From an uncultured delta proteobacterium (GTDB lineage: Bacteria > Desulfobacterota > Binatia > UBA9968): a stretch of 64,000 nt of DNA. The stretch spans positions 832,001 to 896,000 of the forward strand of contig CAVUVW010000014.1 of assembly GCA_963745035.1 (NCBI GenBank), in the 5' to 3' direction. The translations under genes were made by a program, and so were the position numbers. Below, in pieces: positions 39,926 through 50,403 of this stretch (positions within the stretch are counted from its first letter, which is position 1; each line of letters begins with the position of its first letter). The notes beneath the pieces were generated by a model. The model saw nothing but the letters and a program-made list of their open reading frames with translations, was not told the origin of the DNA and did no database searches.

Positions 39926-40495
39926 TCACTCCAGTGGGAACGATATCCAGCTGTCGATCGAGTCCAAGTCCACCAGTGAGATCTCGCCTTTTTGCCGCCG
40001 TGTGCGGCGCAGCAGTTTTCGCCTCATAACCTCGGTAATCAGGTGAGAGAGTGATACATGAGGTTCTGTCTTTAGGGAAAGGATTTCGTCACGCGAAAGT
40101 GGCGACATGAATATGCTTAGCCGTTCCACTTCAGCCAGAGCAGAGGAAGTCTGTAAGTCCCGCCCTACAAACGCATTGCCTTCGAAGAAAACGTCGCCAT
40201 GGTTCAGTGACTCCGATAAATGCTGAATGTCAAGGGCCTGTAGATCGCTGCGCACATCCAAAACGACGAACGAGTCCTTGCTCTTCAGATCTTCAATTTC
40301 GTTGCGAGAGCGAAAATGGTAGTCGACTCCGTCCACTTCCCCTGGTCGAGGCGCACGGCTGTTGTAAAGGACGAGAGGTTGTAAACTCTTTCGCAACTCA
40401 GGATAGAGTCTAGCGAGAGCTTTTGCCAAAGGGGTTTTCCCTACGCAGGAAGGGCCGGAAAGAATAACAAGACGTCCGCTGCGTTCGGTGGGCAT
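39926..40495 (-). CDS. Guanylate kinase-like P-loop protein, possibly 3'-truncated
   Basis: [29 protein letters not shown]; divergent C-terminal half. Confidence 0.7.
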   Translation of the reverse strand: MPTERSGRLVILSGPSCVGKTPLAKALARLYPELRKSLQPLVLYNSRAPRPGEVDGVDYHFRSRNEIEDLKSKDSFVVLDVRSDLQALDIQHLSESLNHGDVFFEGNAFVGRDLQTSSALAEVERLSIFMSPLSRDEILSLKTEPHVSLSHLITEVMRRKLLRRTRRQKGEISLVDLDSIDSWISFPLE

Positions 40496-40608
40496 GGTTG
40501 CCTCCCTTCTTCTCGCTCACGCCGGCGCCCGGCTTGGGTGGGCCGTGCCCTTTCGATTTCTGCTACGGGCTCGAAACAATCGGGCCGGCCGTACCGTGTG
40601 ACGTGGTT

Positions 40609-41202
40609 TCACCGTTTGATTTCACGAACGACGGGAAGATTCAGATCCACCTCCCAGGACAATCTTAGCTTCTCGTGACCTTTTTCCGACTCCGAATAGC
40701 TTCCCTTGCTTTTTAGCATCAGCCCCTTCCCGTCGAATTTGTAGTCAGAAAAGTATTTTTCCAGCTCTTCAGGTTTCCATGCCACGGTTCTGGCCACCGT
40801 CGTACCGGGGACCACATAACTCAGATTCGCCTGCCAGATCTTCCTGTCCTTACCCAGGTACAGCACAAGAGCCGCGTAGCTTGTCTTTCGCAATTCCTTC
40901 GCGTCATTCTCCAGAATGTCAGCTTTAGTTTTCTCCGTGACGGGCTGGGGGAAGAACTGCACTTCGAGCCCGTCGGAATTTCCCGGCATTAGGCCGTGCG
41001 CCAGTGTGACATACGCGGCTTGGGCTGCGATTTTGCTGTGCCCCGGCGTCAGCGGCCTGGAGTCTTTGACAACCAATTCAAAAACGGCCCGAGTCTGAAA
41101 GTCACGCAACGTAAAAGGCCCATACGAACTCCCGTGAAGGGGGCTCAAGGCAACCGAGATCACGACGATTACAGCTCGCGCCATCGCAGAAGTTAATCGC
41201 AT
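40609..41202 (-). CDS. Hypothetical secreted protein
   Basis: 197 aa ORF with N-terminal hydrophobic signal-like segment and beta-rich remainder. Confidence 0.6.
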   Translation of the reverse strand: MRLTSAMARAVIVVISVALSPLHGSSYGPFTLRDFQTRAVFELVVKDSRPLTPGHSKIAAQAAYVTLAHGLMPGNSDGLEVQFFPQPVTEKTKADILENDAKELRKTSYAALVLYLGKDRKIWQANLSYVVPGTTVARTVAWKPEELEKYFSDYKFDGKGLMLKSKGSYSESEKGHEKLRLSWEVDLNLPVVREIKR

Positions 41203-41489
41203 AGTTGTTTACTGCCAATGCCCGGTATATTAACCGAGTTCGTTGGTCGCGTGAACTAGCTTCTTTCAAACTGTGAGTCTGCGACAAAGACGCTCGGCTG
41301 GCTTAACCATAACTTAAAATTAATTTAACCTTCGGGCTTGCTTTGCCCATGCGGCTTGGAGCGCTATGTAAATCTTCTAGCCCAGTGGCTGGAATCTTCA
41401 GCGGTGGGCAGCCCTGCGGCTATTCCTCCATTTTGTATGGGCCGGTCCGATTGTTAGTATAGATTAGACTAGGAATAGGAGCTTGATCG

Positions 41490-42449
41490 ATGTCATTTTG
41501 TTTCCAGGAAGACGAATCCGTAGAAGATGGAATTAAGCGGATGGTAAGTGAGGAAATTCGCCAAGCGATTAAGGAAATCGACAGCCGGAAATTGAAGCGG
41601 ACCGAAGCCATCCATGAGGTTCGTAAACACTGTAAGAAAATCCGAGGCGTGCTCAGACTCGTAAGACCTCAATTCGAACAGACTTATCAGTTTGAAAACG
41701 TTTGGTTTCGCGATACGGCGAAGGGGCTTGCTGAACTCCGCGACGCCGATGCGATCATCGAGACCTACGATAGCCTGCTTGATAAGTTCGGCAATCAAAT
41801 AGACCGGCGTACCTTTGCGCCCATGCGTCGGGCATTGACCCTTCGACGAAAAAGGATCTTCGAAAAGAGCGGCGACTTGAACCAAAAACTCAAAAAGCTT
41901 CGCAGTCGCATGAATAAGGCGGCAACGCGGATTGCGGATTGGAAGCTAACGGCCAAAGAATTCGACGGCATCGAAGGCGGGCTTGTCGCCACATATCGAC
42001 AAGCGCGCAAATCAATGTTTGCCGGCTACCGCGACCCGACCGCCGAGAATTTTCACGAATGGCGAAAGCAGGCCAAATATCACGATTTTCACATGAGATT
42101 GCTGGCTGAGTTGTGGAAGCCAGTCATGAATTCACTCTTAAAGGAGACAGATGAATTGTCGGACGTGCTCGGTGACGACCACAACCTCGATGTGCTGCAC
42201 AAGACTCTGCTCCAATCTCCGAAGAAATACGGCAAAAAACGGGATATCCAGGTACTACTTGGCCTCATCGACAGGAGAAGCGCTGAGCTGAGGGCGGAGG
42301 CAAATACAATCGGCAACAGAATCTTCGCTGAAAGGCCCAGGGCTTTTGCTCGCCGTTTCAGGGGCTATTGGGAAGCGTGGCGGTACGAGGCTGAGCTCCC
42401 ATCGAAAAAATTGAGCGAACAACCCGCCGTCATCACCGCGGCCGCATAG
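41490..42449 (+). CDS. CHAD domain protein (polyphosphate-binding family)
   Basis: IHEVRKHCKKIR, LRDAD, FHEWRKQAK, LGDDHNL. Confidence 0.92.
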   Translation: MSFCFQEDESVEDGIKRMVSEEIRQAIKEIDSRKLKRTEAIHEVRKHCKKIRGVLRLVRPQFEQTYQFENVWFRDTAKGLAELRDADAIIETYDSLLDKFGNQIDRRTFAPMRRALTLRRKRIFEKSGDLNQKLKKLRSRMNKAATRIADWKLTAKEFDGIEGGLVATYRQARKSMFAGYRDPTAENFHEWRKQAKYHDFHMRLLAELWKPVMNSLLKETDELSDVLGDDHNLDVLHKTLLQSPKKYGKKRDIQVLLGLIDRRSAELRAEANTIGNRIFAERPRAFARRFRGYWEAWRYEAELPSKKLSEQPAVITAAA

Positions 42450-42519
42450 GTCGATAGAATGACATCGAGGTAAATGCGCCGATACAGCCAATTTTCTAAG
42501 GAGCATGGAGGGTATCCTC

Positions 42520-43527
42520 ATGATCGAAACAAAAGCCCGCCAAATCGTCCTTGCTGCACGACCGCAAGGTAAGCCTCAGCTGACCGACTTCCGTCTTGAG
42601 GAAACCGTGATCCCGACGCCAAGTGCGGGGCGGGTTTTGCTGCGAGTTCAGTATCTATCGCTCGACCCTTACATGCGCGGCCGGATGGATGACCGGAAAT
42701 CCTATGCGAAGCCGGTTGCGCTCGGTGGTGTCATGGAGGGCGAATCCGTTGCGACGGTGATCGCCTCGCAACATCCCGGCTACTCGGAAGGCGACATCGT
42801 CGTTGCCCGGACGGGCTGGCGCACCCACGCGCTGTCGGATGGCGCGGACCTGCGCAAGCTCGATCCGGCCCTCGCGCCGGTCACGACGGCGCTCGGCGTG
42901 CTCGGAATGCCCGGGCATAGCGCGTATGTCGGGCTACTCGATATCGGTCAACCAAAAGCAGGCGAGACTGTGGTGGTCTCGGCGGCGTCGGGCGCAGTCG
43001 GTTCGGTGGTCGGCCAGATCGCCAAGATCAAAGGCTGCCGCGTCGTCGGCGTCGCCGGCGGCGAGGCAAAGTGCCGCTACGTTACGGACGAGCTCGGTTT
43101 CGATGCTTGTGTCGATCATCGCGCGCCCGACTTTGTCGCGGCGCTCGCGCGCGCGTGTCCGAATGGCATCGACGTCGATTTCGAAAATGTTGCGGGGCCA
43201 GTGCTGCAGGCGATTTGGCCGCTACTCAACAATTTCGCGCGCGTGGTCGTCTGTGGTCTGATCGCGCATTACAACGACGCCGCACCACCGCCTGGTCCGG
43301 ACTTGAGATATGTGTTGACTAAGCGTCTCACGGTGCGGGGTTTCATTATTCTCGATCACAGCGCGCGCTTCGGCGACTTCTTGCGCGACGTGTCCGCGTG
43401 GCTGCGCGAAGGGCGGATTAAATACCGCGAAGATATTGTCGAAGGGCTGGAACACGCGCCCGAAGCCCTTGTCGGCATGCTGGAAGGACGCAATTTCGGC
43501 AAGCTGATCGTCCGAGTGGCCGCCTAG
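42520..43527 (+). CDS. NADP-dependent oxidoreductase (CurA/YncB, prostaglandin reductase-like MDR)
   Basis: LSLDPYMRGRM, VSAASGAVGSVVGQIAK, ACPNGIDV.FENV, GRNFGKL. Confidence 0.93.
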   Translation: MIETKARQIVLAARPQGKPQLTDFRLEETVIPTPSAGRVLLRVQYLSLDPYMRGRMDDRKSYAKPVALGGVMEGESVATVIASQHPGYSEGDIVVARTGWRTHALSDGADLRKLDPALAPVTTALGVLGMPGHSAYVGLLDIGQPKAGETVVVSAASGAVGSVVGQIAKIKGCRVVGVAGGEAKCRYVTDELGFDACVDHRAPDFVAALARACPNGIDVDFENVAGPVLQAIWPLLNNFARVVVCGLIAHYNDAAPPPGPDLRYVLTKRLTVRGFIILDHSARFGDFLRDVSAWLREGRIKYREDIVEGLEHAPEALVGMLEGRNFGKLIVRVAA

Positions 43528-43643
43528 ATGCCTGAAGGGAAGGACACACATGAAGATTCCACAATCGGTGCGCGAGCTGTTATCCAAAGCATACGCTGAT
43601 CCGAGAACCGAAGCCCATCAGTGCTCTGAGTCGTTCTCTCGGT

Positions 43644-43686
43644 TGCCGACAGTTCAGCAAATGCTGAAATTTCGGCAGTCTTTTTC
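43644..43686 (+). terminator. Possible intrinsic terminator
   Basis: TGCCGA..TTCAGC-AAAT-GCTGAA..TCGGCA stem followed by GTCTTTTT. Confidence 0.35.
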
Positions 43687-43792
43687 GATCGGCAGCTTAG
43701 GTATTTCCGAAGGTTATGCTTGGTCTTCTCATTGCTAGTCTGCCCTCGTCGAGAAGCAGTCAGCGAGAAGCAGTTAGAAGGGAGCAACGGTT

Positions 43793-44410
43793 GTGACATC
43801 AAAGCATTTTTTCGTTGTCATCTGTTATTCAGCGTTACTATTCATCGCGGCCTGTTCGGGAGTCGGCGGCGATGTTCTGGCCGGCCGTAACGCACTACAA
43901 ACCGGGCGGGCCAACGATGCCATAGGGTACTTGGCTCGGGCGGCTGATGCTGATCCCACCTACAAACTTCCCCAGCGGTTCCGGTCGGGGGTGTCGGTCT
44001 ACCTTGGACGAGCATACCTCGAAGCAGGAAGAGACATAGAAGCTCGAAAGACTTTGGAGAGAGCGGTCGCACTCGATAAGAATGATCCGTTGGCACACCT
44101 GTATTTTGGAATCGCGCTGTCAAAGACCGGCGAGCGCGAGCGCGGTCGCAAAGAAATCGAAGACGGTCTTAAAGCGATCGATGACACGCTCGAGTACATC
44201 GCAGAAGACCGCGTCTACGGCTTGTTTTGGGACCCCGCCATGCAAATTCGCAACGATATCCGAAAGTCTTTAGCCGCAAAGCTTGATGATACCCAGCTAA
44301 TCATGGCAGCCGAGCGCATCGGTCGTGACTTCGACGAGGAGATCGACAAAGCGCGACGCGATGAGGCGCGGCGACGCGGCGGCTCTGACAGCGGCGGCGG
44401 CGGGAATTGA
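43793..44410 (+). CDS. TPR-repeat lipoprotein
   Basis: IAAC lipobox; YLGRAYLEAG, PLAHLYFGIAL TPR helices. Confidence 0.78.
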   Translation: MTSKHFFVVICYSALLFIAACSGVGGDVLAGRNALQTGRANDAIGYLARAADADPTYKLPQRFRSGVSVYLGRAYLEAGRDIEARKTLERAVALDKNDPLAHLYFGIALSKTGERERGRKEIEDGLKAIDDTLEYIAEDRVYGLFWDPAMQIRNDIRKSLAAKLDDTQLIMAAERIGRDFDEEIDKARRDEARRRGGSDSGGGGN

Positions 44411-44890
44411 TCGTCCGAGGTTGAAACCACATGGAAGGAACGCATCATGAAAGCTAACGGACTGTTTCTCGCGGCCATACTCGCCGAAGCCCATCGCTGA
44501 TCGACAGTTCGAGATCGAGTTCGTGAGTCCAGACGTGGAGGCGTTTGCGTTTATCTTCGGTTAACTCGATGGCGGGTTTCGTAAATTTCACTTTTCTAAA
44601 CGGCCCGTACCGTAAGCACGCGGGTGATACTTGTACTTACTGGACGAAAGTGATCTTAGCTTTAAAGGGAGTATCTGAAATATGGCGCAGGGTCCTGCAG
44701 TTCTTTTATAGCGCGAACGGGCTTTGCAGATCTTTCAACAACTCTTCGCCTAGAACTCGCGATGCCGGTATCTTGGGCAATCCGGCTGAATCGGGAATTC
44801 TAGATTTTTTCTTTGCCCGCGGCATAGACGAGGCGGCTATTTCGACTGGCAGCGCTGCACGAACGCACGTCCGACACGAGGAGAAAAGAA

Positions 44891-45340
44891 ATGAGAAAAT
44901 TCAGCAAGGACCCCGACGCCATCTCGAAGCTCACGCCGGAGCAGTATCGCGTAACGCAGCAAAGCGGCACGGAGGCTCCCGGAACCGGGGAATATCTGGA
45001 TAACAAGGAACCGGGCATCTACGTCGATGTTGTGTCCGGCGAGCCGCTGTTCGTGTCCTCCGACAAGTTTGAATCGGGATGCGGCTGGCCTAGCTTCACC
45101 AAGCCCATCGAACCGGCCAACGTCAACGAGCTGCGAGACACCGCGCACGGCATGGTTCGCACCGAAGTGCGTTCGGCGCACGCCGACAGCCATCTCGGGC
45201 ACGTGTTTCCCGACGGTCCGAAGGACCGCGGCGGATTGCGCTATTGCATCAACTCAGCCTCCCTGCGGTTCATCCATCGGGACGATATGGAAGCCGAGGG
45301 TTATGGGGCTTACTTGAACCAAGTGGAGGATGTCCAATGA
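44891..45340 (+). CDS. msrB: Peptide-methionine (R)-S-oxide reductase
   Basis: [30 protein letters not shown]. Confidence 0.97.
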   Translation: MRKFSKDPDAISKLTPEQYRVTQQSGTEAPGTGEYLDNKEPGIYVDVVSGEPLFVSSDKFESGCGWPSFTKPIEPANVNELRDTAHGMVRTEVRSAHADSHLGHVFPDGPKDRGGLRYCINSASLRFIHRDDMEAEGYGAYLNQVEDVQ

Positions 45341-45858
45341 CTGAGGAACGCGCTGTTCTCGCCGGCGGTTGCTTTTGGGGCGTGCAGGATCTCATTCGCC
45401 GCTACGACGGCGTTCTGTCGACACGGGCCGGCTACACCGGCGGCACCAACTCCCATGCGACGTATCGCAATCATACGGGACACGCGGAAGCAGTCGAGAT
45501 CATCTTTGATCCCGCGCGGGTCAGCTATCGGCAGATCCTCGAATTCTTCTTCCAGATTCACGACCCAAGCACGCGCAATCGCCAGGGCAACGACGTTGGG
45601 ACCAGCTATCGATCTGCGATCTTCTACACCAGTGACGAGCAGAAACGGATTGCCGAAGACACCATCGCCGACGTCGATGCTTCAGGCCTGTGGCCGGGCA
45701 AGGTTGTTACCGAAGTCGTTCCGGCAGGCGACTTCTGGGAGGCCGAACCCGAGCATCAGGATTATCTCCAACGATATCCCGATGGCTACACCTGCCATTT
45801 CGTCCGGCCCAACTGGAGATTGCCGGTTCGGACCGACAAGGTTGCAAAGCAGGCCTAA
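45337..45858 (+). CDS. msrA: Peptide-methionine (S)-S-oxide reductase
   Basis: [34 protein letters not shown]; ATGA overlap with msrB. Confidence 0.97.
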   Translation: MTEERAVLAGGCFWGVQDLIRRYDGVLSTRAGYTGGTNSHATYRNHTGHAEAVEIIFDPARVSYRQILEFFFQIHDPSTRNRQGNDVGTSYRSAIFYTSDEQKRIAEDTIADVDASGLWPGKVVTEVVPAGDFWEAEPEHQDYLQRYPDGYTCHFVRPNWRLPVRTDKVAKQA

Positions 45859-46019
45859 CAGCAGATCGTCCAGCGAATCGCACGTTAGAGGTGTGCAAAC
45901 CAATGCACAGCGCCGGTACGTAGTACGTTGCTTTGTTGTTGCTGTGCGAGCGATTTCCTTTTGCACCGTCTTTTTGCCGTTGGCCGGATTCCGTGGGTCA
46001 CGACCAACAGGAGCATGCA

Positions 46020-46784
46020 ATGTCCGAAGGTATTATTGGGGCGGTATGGGCCTTCTGCTGGGGATTAGCTGCGGCGTCCGGCGCGCTTGTCGGGGCAATT
46101 CTGGGGCTAATAACGCACCTCCGGCACCGGAGCATCGCGGCTTTCATGTCACTCGGGGCGGGCGTGCTGCTTTCAGCTGCCTCGTTCAAGGTCGTATCCG
46201 AAGCGCTCATGCTGGCCAGCGCAGCATCCGCGGTAAGCGGAATTGTTGCCGGTGCCGCTACGTTCAGCATCGCAAACGCAGCTCTCGCAACCGCCAACGA
46301 CCGGAAGCGCTGCGGGGAATGCAAGCCGCAGCCGTCGGAAGCCGAGGCGCCGGGTAGCGGCACCTCCATTGCGCTCGGCACCGCCCTTGATGCTGTGCCG
46401 GAGGCGCTGGTCCTTGGCGTCACCCTGAGGGCCGGGGGACCGGATCTGGCACTGGTCATCGCGCTTTCGCTCGCGAACGTGCCGGAGGCACTTTCCGGGA
46501 CGGCCGGTATGCGTCTCGCGTCCCGCTCATCCAGCTATGTGCTGATCCTATGGAGCGGTACTGCGCTTGTTACTGCGGCGATCACCGCTCTTGCCTTCTA
46601 CTTCCTGAGTGACCTTGGCCCTCACGCGACGGGAATTCTCAAGTCATACGGAGCCGGGGCGCTCATCGCCATGACGGCGGAAACCATGATCCCGGAGGCC
46701 TTCCACAATGGACCCCGCTATTCCGGCGTTCTCGCCGCTGCGGGGTTCGCAGCCCTCATCCTTCTCGGCGAACTCGCCCGGTGA
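46020..46784 (+). CDS. ZIP family metal transporter
   Basis: LGAGVLLSA, LDAVPEALVLG, LANVPEALS, ETMIPEAF. Confidence 0.88.
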   Translation: MSEGIIGAVWAFCWGLAAASGALVGAILGLITHLRHRSIAAFMSLGAGVLLSAASFKVVSEALMLASAASAVSGIVAGAATFSIANAALATANDRKRCGECKPQPSEAEAPGSGTSIALGTALDAVPEALVLGVTLRAGGPDLALVIALSLANVPEALSGTAGMRLASRSSSYVLILWSGTALVTAAITALAFYFLSDLGPHATGILKSYGAGALIAMTAETMIPEAFHNGPRYSGVLAAAGFAALILLGELAR

Positions 46785-47026
46785 CTAGTGCGTATCTAAT
46801 TTAGCGGTGGCGGTTTACGGAGAATTGGCCCAAAGCGCTCCAAAAACTCGCGGTGCTATAAATGATGGAGTGTCCTTTGTAAAGAAAACTGCTCAACATG
46901 TCGCAAATGACAGTCTCCCAGATGAGCATCCGGAACACCACGCCGAGCCCTCAGCAGCGGCAGCATTGGCTCAGCGCTAATGTTGTCTTATTTCGATAGT
47001 TCCATACTTCATTACGAGGTTCACAG

Positions 47027-47476
47027 ATGAAGATTTTTGTTGTCAGGCACCGGACGTTCCTCGCACTTGCCGTCTGGGTCGTCATCGGGGTCGGCGGGAT
47101 GAGCCTGGCCCAACAAACCGGGAAGGGCGAAGTGAAGTCGACCCAGCTGTCCCGGCGGGACATCATCGAGAAGCTGGACGGGAAGGACGCTAGTGCGACG
47201 ATGCGAGAAGTGACCTTCGAGCCCGGCCAGAATGATTCGCCGCACCGCCACGCCGGCCCGGTGTTCGGCTACGTCCTGGAGGGCGAATACGAGCACGCCA
47301 TGGACGACGAGCCGGTCAAGACCTACAAGGCCGGTGAAACGTTCTTCGAACCGTCGGGGTCTGTGCACCGGGTGGCCCGGAACCCGAGCGACAAGACCAA
47401 GACCCGCCTCCTGGCTGTGGTCCTGCACCCCCGCGACGCCAAGAACATTACGGTCCGGGAGAAGGGCAAGAAATAG
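47027..47476 (+). CDS. Secreted cupin domain protein
   Basis: Signal peptide; HRHAGPVFGYVLEG...FFEPSGSVH. Confidence 0.88.
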   Translation: MKIFVVRHRTFLALAVWVVIGVGGMSLAQQTGKGEVKSTQLSRRDIIEKLDGKDASATMREVTFEPGQNDSPHRHAGPVFGYVLEGEYEHAMDDEPVKTYKAGETFFEPSGSVHRVARNPSDKTKTRLLAVVLHPRDAKNITVREKGKK

Positions 47477-47528
47477 GGATCGTGGGGGTAACCGATCGGC
47501 TGCACTTCGAACGCCCGGAGGGTGCTCC

Positions 47529-47635
47529 ATGAAAGCCATTCGACGCGGGGCCGCGGCGGGCCCGAGTCACTCGGCCTTCGAGGACGCACCGGCACCGTTG
47601 CCGGCGTCGGGCGCGGTCCTGGTCCACGGGCTTTC
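47529..47635 (+). pseudogene. 5' stub of an MDR/quinone oxidoreductase
   Basis: RBS GGAGG plus MKAIR...GGP(E)S..FEDAPAPLPASGAVLVH, then similarity is lost. Confidence 0.5.
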
Positions 47636-47697
47636 ACCTCGCGGCCAAGCACCGGGTTTGTGTTATTCATAGTTCCATTCTCCAAAAGGAGGTTCAC

Positions 47698-48639
47698 ATG
47701 AAGATTTTTGTTGCAGGGGGAACGGGAGCGATCGGTCGTCCGCTGATCGCGCAGTTGCTTGCCAAAGGACACACTCTAGTTGCTCTGACCCGTGCCTCAG
47801 AAAAAACTCAGGCTTTAGTGGAGCAAGGCATAGAACCTGCGATCGCCGATGTATTTGATGCCGATGCGGTCAAAGCAGCTGTCAGTCGCGCTCAGCCGGA
47901 AGTCGTGATCGAACAACTCACCGCCCTACCCAGAACCTATACCCGTGAGTCAATGAGTGCCGCCGCTGCGTTCAACACTCGCATCCGTTTAGAAGGGGGT
48001 GCCAATGTGCTGGCAGCCGCGCAAGCGGCGGGTGTGCGGCGTTACCTGAGGCAGTCAATCGCATTCTGGGCGGTTCCTGGTCCTGGCTTGGCAGATGAAG
48101 AAACGCCTCTAGCATTTGATGCCTCGCCAGCGGTTGCAGCAGATGCCCGCGTAGTAACTGAGCTTGAGAAGCGCTTACTAGGAAATCCCAACATAGAAGG
48201 GATTGCTCTGCGTTATGGCTTCTTATATGGGCCCGGCACCTGGTTCAACCCCGATGGCGATGTTGCCCAACAGGTGCGACAGCAACAGTTCCCGATCGTC
48301 GGGAATGGCGAAGGCGTCTGGTCGTGGTTACACATTGAGGACGCGGCGATTGCCACCGTTGCAGCAGCAGAGCAAGGCAATCCTGGGATTTATCTGATTG
48401 CGAATGATCAACCTTTAGCGGTGCGCGAATGGCTCCCTGCGTTTGCTCAATGGCTGAATGCTCCACCACCGCCGCAGATATCGGTTGAGGATGCTCTGAA
48501 AGCGAGTGGTGCGGATGCGGTTTACTACGGGACTCGGATGCGAGGCGTATCGAATGCCAAGGCAAAACGCGAACTGAATTTTCAGCCGCGGCCGTTGGAG
48601 TGGCTCGTTGACACCCATAGCACAATCACAAGCCATTGA
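47698..48639 (+). CDS. NAD-dependent epimerase/dehydratase family protein
   Basis: MKIFVAGGTGAIG, LRYGFLYGPG, HIEDAA, SNAKAKREL. Confidence 0.92.
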   Translation: MKIFVAGGTGAIGRPLIAQLLAKGHTLVALTRASEKTQALVEQGIEPAIADVFDADAVKAAVSRAQPEVVIEQLTALPRTYTRESMSAAAAFNTRIRLEGGANVLAAAQAAGVRRYLRQSIAFWAVPGPGLADEETPLAFDASPAVAADARVVTELEKRLLGNPNIEGIALRYGFLYGPGTWFNPDGDVAQQVRQQQFPIVGNGEGVWSWLHIEDAAIATVAAAEQGNPGIYLIANDQPLAVREWLPAFAQWLNAPPPPQISVEDALKASGADAVYYGTRMRGVSNAKAKRELNFQPRPLEWLVDTHSTITSH

Positions 48640-48677
48640 ACGAGAGAGCAACTTTAATGAAGATGGAGAACAAGGCC

Positions 48678-48878
48678 ATGAGTGAGAAAAATTCAAAGGC
48701 AACGCCGACCGATCTCAGCGGAAATGCGGTTAAGGAAATTTCAAGCGCCTTGCGGCGGCTGCTTGCCGACGTGTTTGCGCTATACGTGAAGACGAAGAAC
48801 TTTCACTGGTACATCAGCGGGCGGCACTTTCGCGATTACCACCTGCTGCTCGACGACCAGTCCACGCAAATCTTTGCG
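48678..48878 (+). pseudogene. Partial duplicate of the dps 5' half, in frame with the downstream cupin
   Basis: TPTDLSG.AV.EISS.LRR.LADVFALYVKTKNFHW.ISGRHFRDYHLLLD.Q.TQIFA, nearly identical to 55341-55518. Confidence 0.85.
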
Positions 48879-48908
48879 GTGCCTCGGGCAAAGAACGAAA
48901 GGTCAATT

Positions 48909-49301
48909 ATGCTGAGGAAGAAGATAATAATGGTGGTTCTGCTATCTCTCATGGCCGGCCCGCTGATGGCTCAGGAGGGCAAGGTCACGTCGCTCATAAC
49001 CAAGGATCTGACAGAATTCTCCGGGAAGGAAGGTCTGATGATAACCGTGGAGTATGCGCCCGGCGGATCAGACCCTGTCCATCGACACGATGCACATGCG
49101 TTTGTTTACGTGCTGGAAGGCTCCATCGTGATGCAGGTGAAGGGCGGAAAAGAAGTCACTCTGACACCAGGGCAGACCTTTTACGAAAGCCCCAAAGATG
49201 TCCATGTCGTCAGCCGGAACGCAAGCAAAACCACGCCAGCCAAATTCCTGGTTTTTTTTGTTAAGGACAAGAGCGCTCCGGTGCTAAAGCCAGTGAAGTG
49301 A
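48909..49301 (+). CDS. Secreted cupin domain protein
   Basis: MLRKKIIMVVLLSLMAGPLMAQE signal; HRHDAHAFVYVLEG...FYESPKDVH. Confidence 0.88.
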   Translation: MLRKKIIMVVLLSLMAGPLMAQEGKVTSLITKDLTEFSGKEGLMITVEYAPGGSDPVHRHDAHAFVYVLEGSIVMQVKGGKEVTLTPGQTFYESPKDVHVVSRNASKTTPAKFLVFFVKDKSAPVLKPVK

Positions 49302-49469
49302 CGCGTGGAGTGTCTTTTCCGCTTGCTCCCATCATTGGCGACGGAGCGCAGGGAATGATGGCTGACGATGTAGCCGACCTCTTCTTTAAGGGACAAGTTG
49401 ATTCTACCGGCGGACGCTCGCATCAACAAATCTCACTTTCGCTGAGACGACTGCATAGGAGCAAAAAAC

Positions 49470-50387
49470 ATGGCAAGTCCCATTCTGGTCACCGGCGCCG
49501 CGGGGCGCGTCGGCGCGGTAGGGCGCACGGTCACCGAACTACTGTTGAAGGAAGGCAAAGCAGTGCGTGCGATGGTGCGAAATGAAGACGAGCGCGCGCA
49601 GGCGTTGCGCGACATGGGTGCCGAAGTCGTGGTCGGAGATCTGCTCGATCTCGATTCGATGCATAGGGTGATTGCCGGCTGCCAGACGATGTACTTCGGC
49701 ATGTCGGTTTCGGATACCTATCTGGCCGCGACGGTCAACGCGGCGGCGGTGGCCAAGCATCACGGCGTGAAGGCGTTCATCAATATGTCGCAGATGACGC
49801 TCGCACAGATGAGCATTACCGAAACCACCCCGAGCCCGCAGCACAAGCTCCACTGGCTCTCCGAGCAGGCGCTGAACTGGTCCGGTCTGCCGGTCGTGCA
49901 CGTACGGCCGACAGTGCTTCTCGAAGGCTTCTTCCTGATTTTCACTGCGGATTCGGTCCGGCAATCAAATCAGATCAGACTACCGTTCGGCGAGGGCAAG
50001 ACTTCGCCGGTCGCAGTGGAAGACGTTGCCCGTGTGCTCGCCGCGCTGCTCGCCAATCCGCAGCCGCACATCGGCAAGATCTATCACCTGACCGGTCCGC
50101 AGTCCGAGAACATGCATTTCTATGCACAGGAATATTCGAAGGCGCTTGGCCGCACGATCACCTTTCAGGACATTCCGGTCGAGCCGTGGCGGGATGGGCT
50201 GCTCCAGCGCGGCTTGCCGGTTCACCTGGTGAACCACCTCGCGACGATGGCCGATCTGCACCGCGCGGGCCGCTACGACCGGATGTCGGACGACGTGCGC
50301 ACCCTAGTCGAGCGAGAGCCGCTGAGCCTGCAGGAGTTCGTCAGGAAGAATGCGGCGGCATTCACCGCGTCGGCGAAAGCGGTCTGA
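49470..50387 (+). CDS. NmrA-family NAD(P)H-binding protein
   Basis: ILVTGAAGRVGAVG, VRPT, VAVEDVA, YHLTGP. Confidence 0.9.
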   Translation: MASPILVTGAAGRVGAVGRTVTELLLKEGKAVRAMVRNEDERAQALRDMGAEVVVGDLLDLDSMHRVIAGCQTMYFGMSVSDTYLAATVNAAAVAKHHGVKAFINMSQMTLAQMSITETTPSPQHKLHWLSEQALNWSGLPVVHVRPTVLLEGFFLIFTADSVRQSNQIRLPFGEGKTSPVAVEDVARVLAALLANPQPHIGKIYHLTGPQSENMHFYAQEYSKALGRTITFQDIPVEPWRDGLLQRGLPVHLVNHLATMADLHRAGRYDRMSDDVRTLVEREPLSLQEFVRKNAAAFTASAKAV

Positions 50388-50403
50388 GTGTCTGCGGGTG
50401 CCA

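Noticed and set aside
43550-43738. 62-aa ORF starting MKIPQSVRELLSKA (PPOX-like start)
   Set aside because: Resemblance is limited to about 14 residues; cannot support a call.
44450-44890. Lower-GC spacer before msrB: possible ncRNA or decayed gene
   Set aside because: No recognisable RNA motif or protein family; reading frames are interrupted or featureless.
44891-45858. Sec forms of MsrA/MsrB
   Set aside because: Catalytic positions are ordinary Cys codons (GCFWG, RYCINS).
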